A stretch of DNA of 56,690 bases from Candidatus Thalassarchaeum sp. (GCA_030748335.1 JASMMD010000003.1:1-56690); one strand, 5' to 3'. Positions 44,146 through 53,628 are shown, numbered from the stretch's first letter. A program made the numbers and translations. Notes: generated by a model not told the origin, from the letters alone.

Positions 44146-45159
44146 ATGCACGACGTCGGGCTTATCGGCGGCACCTTCGATCGCTTCCATGCAGGCCATA
44201 TGGCACTGATGGCCACCGGCCTGTCAGAGTGCTCCTCCATCGAGGTCTGGCTGACTGCCGACTCGATGGCCCAGTCGAAGGATCCACGGGTGAACCCATG
44301 GGGCGTCAGGGTCATGGAGATGAAGGAGGCCTTGAGAGGGGATGCCGAAAGGGTCGACTTCCACGTTCTAGAGGACAGTCACGGACCCGCACCCTCGCAT
44401 CTCGATGCCACTGCCATAGTCTGCACCGATGAGACCCGTTCTGAGTGCGAGGAAATCAACCTCCTCAGAGAGAGAGGGGGACTGCCACCTCTGCATATCA
44501 TCGTCTCCGACCACTCCCTAGCATGGGATGACGAGCCGATATCCAGTTCCAGGATTAGAGCGGGAGAAATCGACCGGGAGGGACGCCCCTGGGTTCCACG
44601 GCAGATCAGAGAGAGCAAGATGGTCATGACCCCCCAAGTCGAAGCCGAGCTCAAGGAGCCATTCGGTCAGTTGTTCGCGGGCCCGGAGGACGACCCATTG
44701 GTCGCCATGTCCCAAGTCATCGCCCACATCGAATCTGGCTCTGGACCGGTTATCGCCGTCGGAGACGTCACTGTGCGCACCCTACAGGACCTCGGCCGAC
44801 CGGCCGACATCGCCCTGATTGACGGACTCACCAAGAGGGAGCCCTGGGAGGGCGCCGTTGGAATCGATGCATCTCTGTACGACGGGACCCTGAGCTGCTC
44901 CAGTCCAGCCGGCTGCCTGACGCCCTCTCTGTTGGAGGCTTGCGAGGAAGCCATCGAATCTTGGAAGAACTCGGGGCATACCAGCTTAATCGACATCGAC
45001 GGCGAGGAGGACCTCGCCCCGCTCGTGCTTCACCCGCTGGCCCCGCTTGGCGCAGCGGTACTGTACGGCCAACCGGACAAGGGAGTGGTGGTGAGGTGGT
45101 GCGGCGAGGACGCCAAACAGCGCTGCCGCAAACTGCTCAGCGAATTCGCCCCAGCCTAG
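44146..45159 (+). CDS. Fusion protein: archaeal-type phosphopantetheine adenylyltransferase (N) + DUF359 GTP-dependent dephospho-CoA kinase (C)
   Basis: N-terminal part: GLIGGTFDRFHAGHMAL...ISSSRIRAGEIDREGR (cytidylyltransferase HxGH plus ISST-like motif). C-terminal part: LKEPFGQLF..VIAVGDVTVRTL..ALIDGLTKRE..IDIDGEEDLAPL..VLYGQPDKGVVV, the DUF359 pattern. ATG at 44146 preferred over TTG at 44119. Confidence 0.8.
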   Translation: MHDVGLIGGTFDRFHAGHMALMATGLSECSSIEVWLTADSMAQSKDPRVNPWGVRVMEMKEALRGDAERVDFHVLEDSHGPAPSHLDATAIVCTDETRSECEEINLLRERGGLPPLHIIVSDHSLAWDDEPISSSRIRAGEIDREGRPWVPRQIRESKMVMTPQVEAELKEPFGQLFAGPEDDPLVAMSQVIAHIESGSGPVIAVGDVTVRTLQDLGRPADIALIDGLTKREPWEGAVGIDASLYDGTLSCSSPAGCLTPSLLEACEEAIESWKNSGHTSLIDIDGEEDLAPLVLHPLAPLGAAVLYGQPDKGVVVRWCGEDAKQRCRKLLSEFAPA

Positions 45160-45161
45160 TA

Positions 45162-45695
45162 TCAGGACTCGGCATCAGCCATCGTGTGCATGGCGAAGCC
45201 GAAACACACCAACACGATCATCACGGCGTAGACTCCCGGGTCGACCCAAGTCGTGTTCACCGCGCTCCAGCACAGGTAGAACCCGACGCCCAAGGCGATC
45301 ATCCAACTAGCCATTGTCCGATTGACGCCGCTCTCTGGGGAGAATAGGCTGGACAGTATCGCGCCTTGTGGGAGCTCGCCGACCCATGCCGAGAAGCCAC
45401 CTTCGACGGCTTTCCCGACTCCCATCGCGCCTAGCCCGAGGAGGGCGACTCCAATCAATCCGAAGACGATGTCGTCAGCCACCACTTCCAGACCATCGTG
45501 GGCTATGTTCGAAGCAGCACTGTCGCCGGTGACGAATCCTATCCAAAGTACCTTCATCCCCGAAGAGTAAGCTCCCCAAACCAGATTCACTAAAGTGAGC
45601 AGCAGCACCCATAAGCCGAGCAGGACCGCGGCACCCGAAGCAGCTCTGCTGGGCCTAGTTAGGGCGCTTCCCCATTCAGACTCCAGCATGGACAT
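45162..45695 (-). CDS. Hypothetical integral membrane protein (about 4-5 TM)
   Basis: Hydrophobic helices throughout. Start set to MSMLESEW (ATG at 45695) so that it does not overlap orc1. Confidence 0.5.
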   Translation of the reverse strand: MSMLESEWGSALTRPSRAASGAAVLLGLWVLLLTLVNLVWGAYSSGMKVLWIGFVTGDSAASNIAHDGLEVVADDIVFGLIGVALLGLGAMGVGKAVEGGFSAWVGELPQGAILSSLFSPESGVNRTMASWMIALGVGFYLCWSAVNTTWVDPGVYAVMIVLVCFGFAMHTMADAES

Positions 45696-45750
45696 CGAGC
45701 CGGCGACCTTACCATTCGGTTTAACGATTGTCTGAGCGGGAAGTCGGCCC

Positions 45751-46989
45751 TCACAACAGACCCTGCAGGTTGTACCTGCCCAAAGCGGCCTCGGCAATCA
45801 GAGGCTCACTCTCGCTCATCGTGGTGATGGCGTCCACCGCTTTGGGTATGGCCGAGTTGACCTGCTTACTCCTACCACCGCGTCCCTTGCTGACATTCCT
45901 AGCCATGATCAGCCCGAGCGTATCAAGCTCGTTGAGTAGTGACGAGATCCTCCTAGGGGTGAGCGGCTCGACCCTGATCTTCATGCAAGCCTCGGAGTAG
46001 GTTCGGTATGTCTCGCCGGTAGAAATGTTCCTGAGTCCATTCTCTTCGTTCAGCCTGATAGAGAAAAGCAACAGCTTCTGGTGCAGAGGCAGGGTCTTCA
46101 GGACAGGAGTCACTTGGTCGTACTCAAGCTGGCTCTGCGCCATCCTGACGTGCCTCGGGTCCACGCTCTTCTGAGATCTTTGCTCCGCTTTCTGCACCGA
46201 GATGCGAAGCAGGTCAAGCGCCCGACGCGCGTCGCCGTGCTCCTGCGCGGCCAATGCCGAGCAGAGCTCGAGCACACCCGGCCCGAGAACATCCTCGCGC
46301 AGGCCGGTGCTAACGCGCTCAAGTAGGATGTCGCTGATCTCAGGAGCCCCATATGGATGGAAGACAATGTCCTCTTGGCTCAGCCTCGAACTGACCCGGG
46401 GATCTAACTGCTGAGTGAAGTGCAAGTCGTTGCTGATTCCGATGATGCAGCAGCGCGAGTTTCGCAGGGAGGTGTTGAGACTGGTCAGGTTGTACAGCAG
46501 CCCGTCGCCGGCCCTAGCCACGAGGTTGTCAATCTCGTCGAGCACGATTATGTGCACCCCGCCAGCCCCGTCCATCCTCTCGATCAGTGCGTCCAACACC
46601 CTGTCGGTAGGCCAACCGGTGAAAGGGATGGGGGTGTCCCCGCGCCTAGCCAGTTGCGTCGCGATGGTCTGGAAGACCCGGTACTTGGTGTCCACGACCC
46701 GGCAGTTAATCTCGTACGTCTCGACCCTCTGCCCCATCTCCTCGCCCTTGTCAAGGAGCTGTCCCAAGACGAACCTCGTGACCACGGTCTTGCCCGAACC
46801 AGGGACTCCATAGAGCAGCATGTTCGAAGGGATATGTCCGTTCAGGGCATCTACCAGATTTCGCACTAGGGCCTCCACCTCGTGGTCCCTGTGGGGCAGC
46901 GTGGAAGGCTCGAAGGCGTGGTCGAAGGCACGTCTGTCGACGAAGAGGCTGTCATGGCCGAGAATTTTTTCGAAAATGTTTCCTTCCAT
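45751..46989 (-). CDS. orc1: Orc1/Cdc6 replication initiator
   Basis: Walker A LLYGVPGSGKT, Walker B HIIVLDEID, sensor regions, and a C-terminal winged helix (TGETYRTYSEACMKIRVEPLTPRRISSLLNELDTLGLI). Confidence 0.92.
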   Translation of the reverse strand: MEGNIFEKILGHDSLFVDRRAFDHAFEPSTLPHRDHEVEALVRNLVDALNGHIPSNMLLYGVPGSGKTVVTRFVLGQLLDKGEEMGQRVETYEINCRVVDTKYRVFQTIATQLARRGDTPIPFTGWPTDRVLDALIERMDGAGGVHIIVLDEIDNLVARAGDGLLYNLTSLNTSLRNSRCCIIGISNDLHFTQQLDPRVSSRLSQEDIVFHPYGAPEISDILLERVSTGLREDVLGPGVLELCSALAAQEHGDARRALDLLRISVQKAEQRSQKSVDPRHVRMAQSQLEYDQVTPVLKTLPLHQKLLLFSIRLNEENGLRNISTGETYRTYSEACMKIRVEPLTPRRISSLLNELDTLGLIMARNVSKGRGGRSKQVNSAIPKAVDAITTMSESEPLIAEAALGRYNLQGLL

Positions 46990-47389
46990 TTTCTTTCACC
47001 AGAGCGCCAACCACGTATTCAGCCTCATCCCTTACTCGGGTGGAGTGGGGTTCGGCCAACGCGGATTCTCAGCGACTGTGTCGGGGGTAATAAGAGTGTC
47101 CGAGAAGTTCCGATGTCCGGATGATTTCCCCGTCCCTAAAGGCCTTTGTTTGATGGCCCTAGAAAACCACATCATACTCCATTCTATTTCCTCTCAGTGA
47201 TTCGTTTTCAAAACATACGAAGTGGTGTATTTTCTGCATTTACCTATGTTCTAATACCACTCTTTGGGAACCAGTCTATTTTGACGATAATCGAGCACGC
47301 GGGAGCGTCCATGTCAGCACCTTGAAACTCCATTTGATGCCGTGCTAAAGCGAGTTACATGCTCGCCAATATAAGTCAAGATATATTTC
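46990..47389. other. Candidate replication origin / orc1 promoter region (AT-rich core at about 47160-47390)
   Basis: 400-bp non-coding stretch directly upstream of orc1, unusually long for this dense window. The core is visibly AT-rich. G-tract words GGAGTGGGGT and TGTCGGGGGT, direct repeat ACTCCATT (47176 and 47327), and palindrome GTTTTCAAAAC. I could not define clear ORB consensus copies. Confidence 0.4.
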
Positions 47390-48205
47390 TCATAAATTTC
47401 TTTGCAGTGACAATTGACCCTCATCGCCTATCTCCAAGCAATCCCCGTCCTCCAGCTGGACAATCGAGTCGGGCAGTTCAGGTATCTTGAATCCCGACTT
47501 AAACCCAGTCGCGCTGGCGTAGTTGTGAGTTACCAAGACCATCGCGTGAGGATGCCTGCCAGCGAAAGCGACGGCATCCGAGGGGGTGTGATGGTGAGGG
47601 CTGTCGACGAAGTCCGGGATCCCCATCTCAAGTAGGACGGCGTCGGCATTCCGGGCCCTCTGTTCGATGCCCTCGCACGGCCCCGAGTCTCCGCAGTGCA
47701 GGAGCCTGAAACCACTCCTATGGACCAGCTCGTAGCCATGCGGGTCAGTCTCCGGAGTGTGACTCACCGGGAATCTCTCGAAGCTCCAATCCGTCCCCGC
47801 CAACTCACCTGACTCGGAGTGCGACCACTCTACACCGTCGTCCACGGTGTCATCTAGGCTGCCGGGGAATCCAGTCGTGCACAAGCCAGTAAGCAACTCC
47901 CTCCCTCCGGGTCTGAGATGGACTCCAAGGGAGTTCTCTGACCCGGGGTCGGAGATGTACTTCCTCTCAAGCAAGACGAATGGGAAGCCGAAGGTGTGGT
48001 CGGCGTGCCAATGGGTGATTAGCAGGTGCTTGAGGTCTGCGGGCGAGACCTCGGCACGCCGCAACTGGACAAGCACCGTCGGAGGCGCGTCCACGAGCAC
48101 ACTGCCGTCGAGTAGAGCGAGTGTGTGCATCCGGCCTGGGGGCGAGAAGGCATTGCCCGTGCCTAGGAAATCGATACGCGCCACGAGCCGCGATGAGGGC
48201 ACCAT
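47390..48205 (-). CDS. MBL-fold metallo-hydrolase (RNase Z/beta-lactamase superfamily)
   Basis: Motifs LITHWHADHTFGFP, LHCGDSG, and a late His in VTHNY. Confidence 0.75.
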   Translation of the reverse strand: MVPSSRLVARIDFLGTGNAFSPPGRMHTLALLDGSVLVDAPPTVLVQLRRAEVSPADLKHLLITHWHADHTFGFPFVLLERKYISDPGSENSLGVHLRPGGRELLTGLCTTGFPGSLDDTVDDGVEWSHSESGELAGTDWSFERFPVSHTPETDPHGYELVHRSGFRLLHCGDSGPCEGIEQRARNADAVLLEMGIPDFVDSPHHHTPSDAVAFAGRHPHAMVLVTHNYASATGFKSGFKIPELPDSIVQLEDGDCLEIGDEGQLSLQRNL

Positions 48206-48311
48206 GACTTGACCTCATCGCCTTGTCTCTCTGGGTGCTCGCAGCGCCCGTTCAGCATTGCTTCATAAACGGGTTTTGTTTCGCGGGGGGCGAGCAATCA
48301 GGTGTCTGGAC

Positions 48312-49592
48312 ATGTCGGATTGGAGCGCGAAGAATCCATACTCCTCCAATTTGACTGAGAACTTTGTTCTCAACGGCGAGGGCTCGCGCAAGGAGACCCG
48401 CCATATCGTCTTCGACCTAGGGGACTCGGGACTGCAGTACAAGGCCGGTGATGCGCTGGGCGTAATCCCCCGCTGCCCCCCTGATCTGGTCGAGGACGTT
48501 CTGACCTCCTGCGGCTTCTCGGGTGACGAGGAGGTAGACACTCATCTGGGGCTGTGTGGCCTTCGTCAGGCGCTGACGGAGAGGTACGAGATACACAGAA
48601 TATCAAAGAAGTGGATCGAGGGGCTCGGACCGAGGCTGTCATCAGGGGATGCCGACATAGAGATTCGGATCGTGCAACGAAGGAGGGCATCATCGCGAGA
48701 CGGCTCCGTGCTGATGGACTGGCACGGCAGCGGAAGCGAGGACGACGTCCCGGATGGATATGTCGAAATCGGCTCGATCAGCGACCCCGCTGAGACACTC
48801 TGGGCGGAGTTGACTGGCGACAGCAAGGCCATGGAGGATTACATCTGGTCGCGTGACTACATCGACGGTCTCGCGGACTTTGGCCATATCGGATTCACCC
48901 CTCAGCAACTGGTTGACGGCATGGACCGTCTCAAGCCTAGGCTATATTCAATCGCAAGTAGCCCCGACTTCGAGCCGGGCATGGTCCATCTCACAGTCGC
49001 TATCGTACGCTACAACCACCACGACCGCGATCGAGCCGGACTGTGTACCGGATTCATGGCGGACCGCTGCGATATCGGGGAGACCGACATCGGCGTATTC
49101 ATGTCGCCGACCAGATCATTTGTGCTTCCCGAGGACGGGTCGACGGACATCATCATGGTCGGCCCGGGAACTGGAATCGCTCCGTTCAGGGCGTTCTTGC
49201 AGCAGCGTCAGATAGAAGGGGACTCAGGACGAAACTGGTTGTTCTTCGGTGACTGGACCGAGGAGGGAGAGTACCTGTACCGCGACGAGATGGAGGCCTG
49301 GAGGGAGAATGGTTTGATTGACCACCACGACCTTGCATGGTCGCGCGCGGGTCCGGATAAGGTCTACGTCCAGCACTTGATGGAGCAGCACGGTGAAGAG
49401 ATCTGGAACTGGATCGACGGCGGTGCGTACTTCTACGTCTGCGGCGACAAGAACTACATGGCCAGAGACGTCCACTCCACCCTAATCGAAATCTGCTCCG
49501 AGTACGGCGGGATGTCCGAAGAAGAGGCCAAGGAGTACGTCGAGAGCGGCCTGATGAAGACCGAGAAGCGGTATCTACGCGACGTATACTGA
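48312..49592 (+). CDS. FAD/NADPH-binding reductase of the CysJ/CPR ferredoxin-reductase type, without a flavodoxin domain
   Basis: Motifs KETRHIVFDLGDSGLQYKAGDALGV, RLYSIASSP, VGPGTGIAPFRAFLQQR, YFYVCGD, terminal RYLRDVY. Has a ~55-aa acidic/basic insert in the connecting region. ATG at 48312. Confidence 0.8.
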   Translation: MSDWSAKNPYSSNLTENFVLNGEGSRKETRHIVFDLGDSGLQYKAGDALGVIPRCPPDLVEDVLTSCGFSGDEEVDTHLGLCGLRQALTERYEIHRISKKWIEGLGPRLSSGDADIEIRIVQRRRASSRDGSVLMDWHGSGSEDDVPDGYVEIGSISDPAETLWAELTGDSKAMEDYIWSRDYIDGLADFGHIGFTPQQLVDGMDRLKPRLYSIASSPDFEPGMVHLTVAIVRYNHHDRDRAGLCTGFMADRCDIGETDIGVFMSPTRSFVLPEDGSTDIIMVGPGTGIAPFRAFLQQRQIEGDSGRNWLFFGDWTEEGEYLYRDEMEAWRENGLIDHHDLAWSRAGPDKVYVQHLMEQHGEEIWNWIDGGAYFYVCGDKNYMARDVHSTLIEICSEYGGMSEEEAKEYVESGLMKTEKRYLRDVY

Positions 49593-49637
49593 CGACTCTC
49601 CGCATTGCTCATACGGCGGTTGCCGGAGCGCCTTGCC

Positions 49638-50981
49638 ATGTTCCGCCGCGTACTGATAGCGAATCGCGGCGAAATCGCACTCAGAATACTCCGCTCTCTG
49701 GGTTCGCTGGGAATCGAGGGCGTGGTGGTGCACGGACGTGAGGACAGACTCACTCTGCCTGTCAGGCTGGCAGACGAGGGGGCCTTCATCTCGCGCGACG
49801 ACCCCCTCGCATCCTACCTCGACATAGAGGCTGTGGTCGCGGCTGCCAAGGAGGTGGGAGCGGATGCAGTGCATCCCGGATACGGCTTCCTAGCGGAGAA
49901 CGCCACCCTCGCCGAGAGACTCGCCGAGGAAGGAATCGTATTCATCGGTCCGAGCCCAGAGGTGCTGAGGCTGCTGGGTGACAAGATTTCGGCCAGAGAG
50001 ACGATGGTGAAGGCAGGCTTGCCGGTGGCGAAAGGCTCAGGCAAGCCAATCTCAGACGAGTCCGAGGCGCTCGGTATGGCAGAGGAGATCGGCTACCCGG
50101 TGATGATCAAGGCCGCCGCCGGGGGTGGCGGAATAGGTATGCAAGTGGTAAGCTCGGGGGACGAGTTCGAATCTGCCCTTAGGCTGTGTCAGGGCCGGGC
50201 TCTCTCTGCCTTCGGTGACGACAGGGTGTTCGTCGAGAAGTACATCGACGGCGCGCAACACATCGAGTTCCAGGTGCTGGCTGACGGTTCCAATGCGATT
50301 CACTTCGGCGAGAGATTCTGCTCGATTCAGAGGAGGCATCAGAAGATAATCGAGGAGGGCCCATGGCTCTCCGATGAGGTGCGCGAGGAGCTCGGTGCCA
50401 AGGTAGTGGCCGGAGCGGAGGCGGTCGGCTACAAGGGACTCGCGACCTTTGAGTTCCTGCGAGACGCCGACGGCGAGTTCTACTTCCTTGAAGTGAATCC
50501 GAGAGTACAGGTCGAGCACACGGTCACAGAGATGATTGCCGGGGTGGATTTGGTCTCACTAGGAATCAGGGTCGCGGCAGGAGAGCCCCTACCGATGAGC
50601 CAAGAAGAAGTAAGGATCTCTGGACACGCCATCCAGACGAGGATTAACGCAGAGAATCCCTACACCCTCGAACCATCACCTGGGCGGATATGGGAGTGCC
50701 ATTGGCCTGGGGGCCCAGGCGTGCGCGTGGACACGCACGCTCACACAGGGTATGACATGCCGCCCTCCTTTGACTCCCTGTTGGCCAAGGTAATCGTGTG
50801 GGCGCCAAGTCGCAACGAGGCCATATCCAAGATAGACTCGGCCTTGGCGGAGACAATCATCATCGGTGTCGACACTCTAATCCCGCTCCATCGCGCCATC
50901 CTCAAAGAGACGGACTTCCGCAATAGAGAAGTCACAATAGGATACCTCGATGAGCACCCGGGACTGCTGGGCGGAGCGTGA
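49638..50981 (+). CDS. accC: Biotin carboxylase (ATP-grasp; subunit of acetyl/propionyl-CoA or pyruvate carboxylase)
   Basis: Motifs RVLIANRGEIALRI, GYPVMIKAAAGGGGIGM, YFLEVNPRVQVEHTVTE. No BCCP or carboxyltransferase gene in this window. Confidence 0.9.
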   Translation: MFRRVLIANRGEIALRILRSLGSLGIEGVVVHGREDRLTLPVRLADEGAFISRDDPLASYLDIEAVVAAAKEVGADAVHPGYGFLAENATLAERLAEEGIVFIGPSPEVLRLLGDKISARETMVKAGLPVAKGSGKPISDESEALGMAEEIGYPVMIKAAAGGGGIGMQVVSSGDEFESALRLCQGRALSAFGDDRVFVEKYIDGAQHIEFQVLADGSNAIHFGERFCSIQRRHQKIIEEGPWLSDEVREELGAKVVAGAEAVGYKGLATFEFLRDADGEFYFLEVNPRVQVEHTVTEMIAGVDLVSLGIRVAAGEPLPMSQEEVRISGHAIQTRINAENPYTLEPSPGRIWECHWPGGPGVRVDTHAHTGYDMPPSFDSLLAKVIVWAPSRNEAISKIDSALAETIIIGVDTLIPLHRAILKETDFRNREVTIGYLDEHPGLLGGA

Positions 50982-50991
50982 TAGCGTGGAG

Positions 50992-51948
50992 ATGGTGATT
51001 GTCGGGAGCATAGGCTTCGACGACATCGACACTCCAGAGGCCAGCGGCTCGGACCTGCTCGGAGGGGCCGCCACTCACGCTGGCCTAGCTTCCGGGTTCC
51101 ACCTCCCCTTGACCCCACGCAAGCCACCCAGGGTTGGACTTGTTAGCGCGGTTGGCACCGATTTTCCGCAGGGAGCCCAGGAGATACTCGAGGACTCCGG
51201 GCTGAACCTAGCGGGGGTAGTCAGAAGGGACGGGGACACGTTTCGTTGGGCTGGCAGGTATGAGGGCTCGATGGAAGACGTCCAGACCATATCCACCGAG
51301 GTCAACGTGCTCGAGGACTTCATGCCGGAGGTGCCCCAGTCGTGGAGGTCGCCCGAGGTCCTGCTCTGCGCCAACACACACCCGCGTACACAGGTTTCCG
51401 TTCTCGACCAGTGCCCTAGCGCGGTGGTGACCGCCTTGGACTCGTTCATGCTCTGGATAGAGACCGAGTTCGAGTTGCTCTCCGAGGCGCTGCGCAAGGT
51501 CGACATAGCCATCCTCAACGAAGAGGAGGTTTGTTCTCTAGCTGGCGAGGACGTCCTTCACAGGGCAGTGGAGGCGATACGCTCCGGCAAGGCTCTGTAT
51601 GGGGGGGCGGAGGCTGGGACGGGCCCTCGGAGCATGGTAATCAAGCGCGGTGGCAGTGGCTCTGTAGCCTACCTGCCCTGTGGCACCATCACACTGCCCG
51701 CGTACCCTACCGACGACTTGGTCGACCCGACGGGGGCGGGCGACTCGTTCGCGGGCGCCCTGCTGGCCAACGTGGCCGGCAGGAAGGGTGCGTTGAACCA
51801 GGCTGAGACGATGCGAAACGCCTTGGTCCACGCTACGGTGACGGCGTCCTTCACCATTGAGGGCCTTGGCGCATCTGCTCTGTACCGCCTCGAGAGGGGC
51901 AAGTACCATGCTAGGGCGGACAAGTATCGTAGAATGGTCGGACTCTAA
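50992..51948 (+). CDS. PfkB-family carbohydrate/nucleoside kinase
   Basis: MVIVGSIGFDDI N-terminus and the DPTGAGDSFAGALLA anion-hole motif. Confidence 0.8.
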   Translation: MVIVGSIGFDDIDTPEASGSDLLGGAATHAGLASGFHLPLTPRKPPRVGLVSAVGTDFPQGAQEILEDSGLNLAGVVRRDGDTFRWAGRYEGSMEDVQTISTEVNVLEDFMPEVPQSWRSPEVLLCANTHPRTQVSVLDQCPSAVVTALDSFMLWIETEFELLSEALRKVDIAILNEEEVCSLAGEDVLHRAVEAIRSGKALYGGAEAGTGPRSMVIKRGGSGSVAYLPCGTITLPAYPTDDLVDPTGAGDSFAGALLANVAGRKGALNQAETMRNALVHATVTASFTIEGLGASALYRLERGKYHARADKYRRMVGL

Positions 51949-53628
51949 TCACTCGAGCCGCCTGATTCCTGGAAGTGGGTGAGGGTCTCCCTTGGACGAG
52001 GTCCTCCTCAGTTGAGAGAATCTGAGTCCACCCTCTTGGTCGGTCAGCTCGATGGGTGCGCGATCCTCTCCTCCCGATACCCGGTCCACCAGACGATCCA
52101 TCACGTCCTTGGCCGAGGCCGGGGGATTGTCCGGACTCTGCCTAGCCCTTACCGCCAAGTCAGCTTGGTGATCCTGGTCGCTGCGCAGACGGATGTGCTG
52201 CGACGACAGGAACCTCGATTCAGACCGTGCCTCCTGCCCGTCCTCGTCACCGTACTCGGAGGCGTAGGTGCTGTCCGTGTTGCGGATCGCGGGGGTGGTC
52301 GCGCCCAGCAGGGCGCTGATCCAGCCCGGCCTTCGGGAAACCTTCCTCCTCGGCGCCCTGACTCTACCTGAGTTCATCGAAGTGGCGATTCTGGAAAGTC
52401 CGGGAAATTCCTCTAGACTTGAGGCATCAAGCACCGGGGACTGGTGCATCTCCCCGCTCCCCAGCAACGCCTGCCTCGCACGTGCCTGTTTGACGACGCC
52501 CGGCCGACACTCCTCGCGTATGGCCGAATCCGTAGGGGCCGGCAGGCTTGGCCCTGTGTAGGGACCGGTCTCGCCAAACCTGTTCTGAGCCCGCCTTATC
52601 ATTTGGGAGCTGGTAGGCTGTCTCGATTCGACGGCCGGAGGGTCTGCTGCGTTGATGTAGCCCCCGGCCTCGGGAGCAGGGTGACTCGCCATTGGCTGTG
52701 GGGTCGTGGGAGGTGAGTAGCTGGCCGGCGGCTCCGCATCGAAGATGCCGCCTTCGCCGAACAGGTCCATTCCTACGGCAGCCTCGCCTAGAGCTGAGTC
52801 TATCCTGCTGCCGACAGCCTTCTCCTCATACCACGGGGGAGACTCCTCCCTTCCCCAGGCCCTCTCGTAAGCCGAACGGCCCCCCTCTTGGGGTGCAGGC
52901 GGTGACTCGTATATCGGGACAGGATCCGCCGCAACATTGGACTCCCAGGGGAAGATTGGCTCCGTATCAGCAGCCGTGGGAGCAGTGGGGACCGGTGGTG
53001 GCGGAGCCGAAAAGCCGGTGAAGAGAGGTTCAGGTTCAGGCTCCGGAACTGTGGCGAGAATAGATTCCTCCTCGGGTGCGCCAAGCAACCCCTTTGGCTC
53101 GGGTAGCCCTCCGCTGGCGTCAGTGAACGCCGGGTACGCAGGAAGTTCCGCATCGATGTGCTCCAGCCCCATGCGGGCCTCCTCGATCGTACTACCGTGA
53201 CGGACCCTGTCCACCATCAGGCAGAGCCTGAGCAGCACCCCCTCGCTGCCGGAGATGATGTGACGATCCCCGGCCTCCGTCTCCACGGCTAGGACCGAGG
53301 TCCGCGAAAGCACGTAGCCCAGAAGCGTCAACGAACCCCCTACCATCGCGACCATCGCGTACGGCGGCATCAGGACGCTCGCGCCGAGGTAGATGGCCAG
53401 CAATCCTAGAGGGATTGCACCCGAGGGGAACAATGGGACCTTCATGTGGCGCATTCTTGAAATCGAGGCTAAGGAGAGTCGGATGCCATGCCCGTCGAAC
53501 CTCTCCAGTGTCAGCTGACGCTTGGTGAGGACCGCTACAAACCTCCCTCCAGACCCGACCAGACTAAGATTGCCGAACAGTTCCGACTTTCCCTCATCTC
53601 GGTCGGGCGTAAGCCCGACTGAATACAT
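51949..53628 (-). CDS. Membrane protein: N-terminal PH-like/YdbT-like module with 2 TM helices, then a ~380-aa Pro-rich disordered tail
   Basis: FVAVLTKRQLTLERFDGHGIRLSLASISRM followed by hydrophobic helices (PLGLLAIYLGASVLMPPYAMVAMVGGSLTLLGYVL). The rest is low-complexity P/A/S/E. Start set to MYSVGL (ATG at 53628). Confidence 0.45.
   Translation of the reverse strand: MYSVGLTPDRDEGKSELFGNLSLVGSGGRFVAVLTKRQLTLERFDGHGIRLSLASISRMRHMKVPLFPSGAIPLGLLAIYLGASVLMPPYAMVAMVGGSLTLLGYVLSRTSVLAVETEAGDRHIISGSEGVLLRLCLMVDRVRHGSTIEEARMGLEHIDAELPAYPAFTDASGGLPEPKGLLGAPEEESILATVPEPEPEPLFTGFSAPPPPVPTAPTAADTEPIFPWESNVAADPVPIYESPPAPQEGGRSAYERAWGREESPPWYEEKAVGSRIDSALGEAAVGMDLFGEGGIFDAEPPASYSPPTTPQPMASHPAPEAGGYINAADPPAVESRQPTSSQMIRRAQNRFGETGPYTGPSLPAPTDSAIREECRPGVVKQARARQALLGSGEMHQSPVLDASSLEEFPGLSRIATSMNSGRVRAPRRKVSRRPGWISALLGATTPAIRNTDSTYASEYGDEDGQEARSESRFLSSQHIRLRSDQDHQADLAVRARQSPDNPPASAKDVMDRLVDRVSGGEDRAPIELTDQEGGLRFSQLRRTSSKGDPHPLPGIRRLE

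Noticed and set aside
48240-48300. Hairpin CCCGTT-N15-AACGGG followed by a T-rich run, as a terminator
   Set aside because: It lies upstream of both flanking genes, in the divergent promoter region, so there is nothing for it to terminate. It could be promoter or leader structure, but the evidence is too thin to call.
49186-49605. Arg-rich 139-aa minus ORF and similar ORFs inside the CysJ-like gene
   Set aside because: They are antisense to a well-supported FNR-type ORF, with an extreme Arg/Ser/Pro composition.
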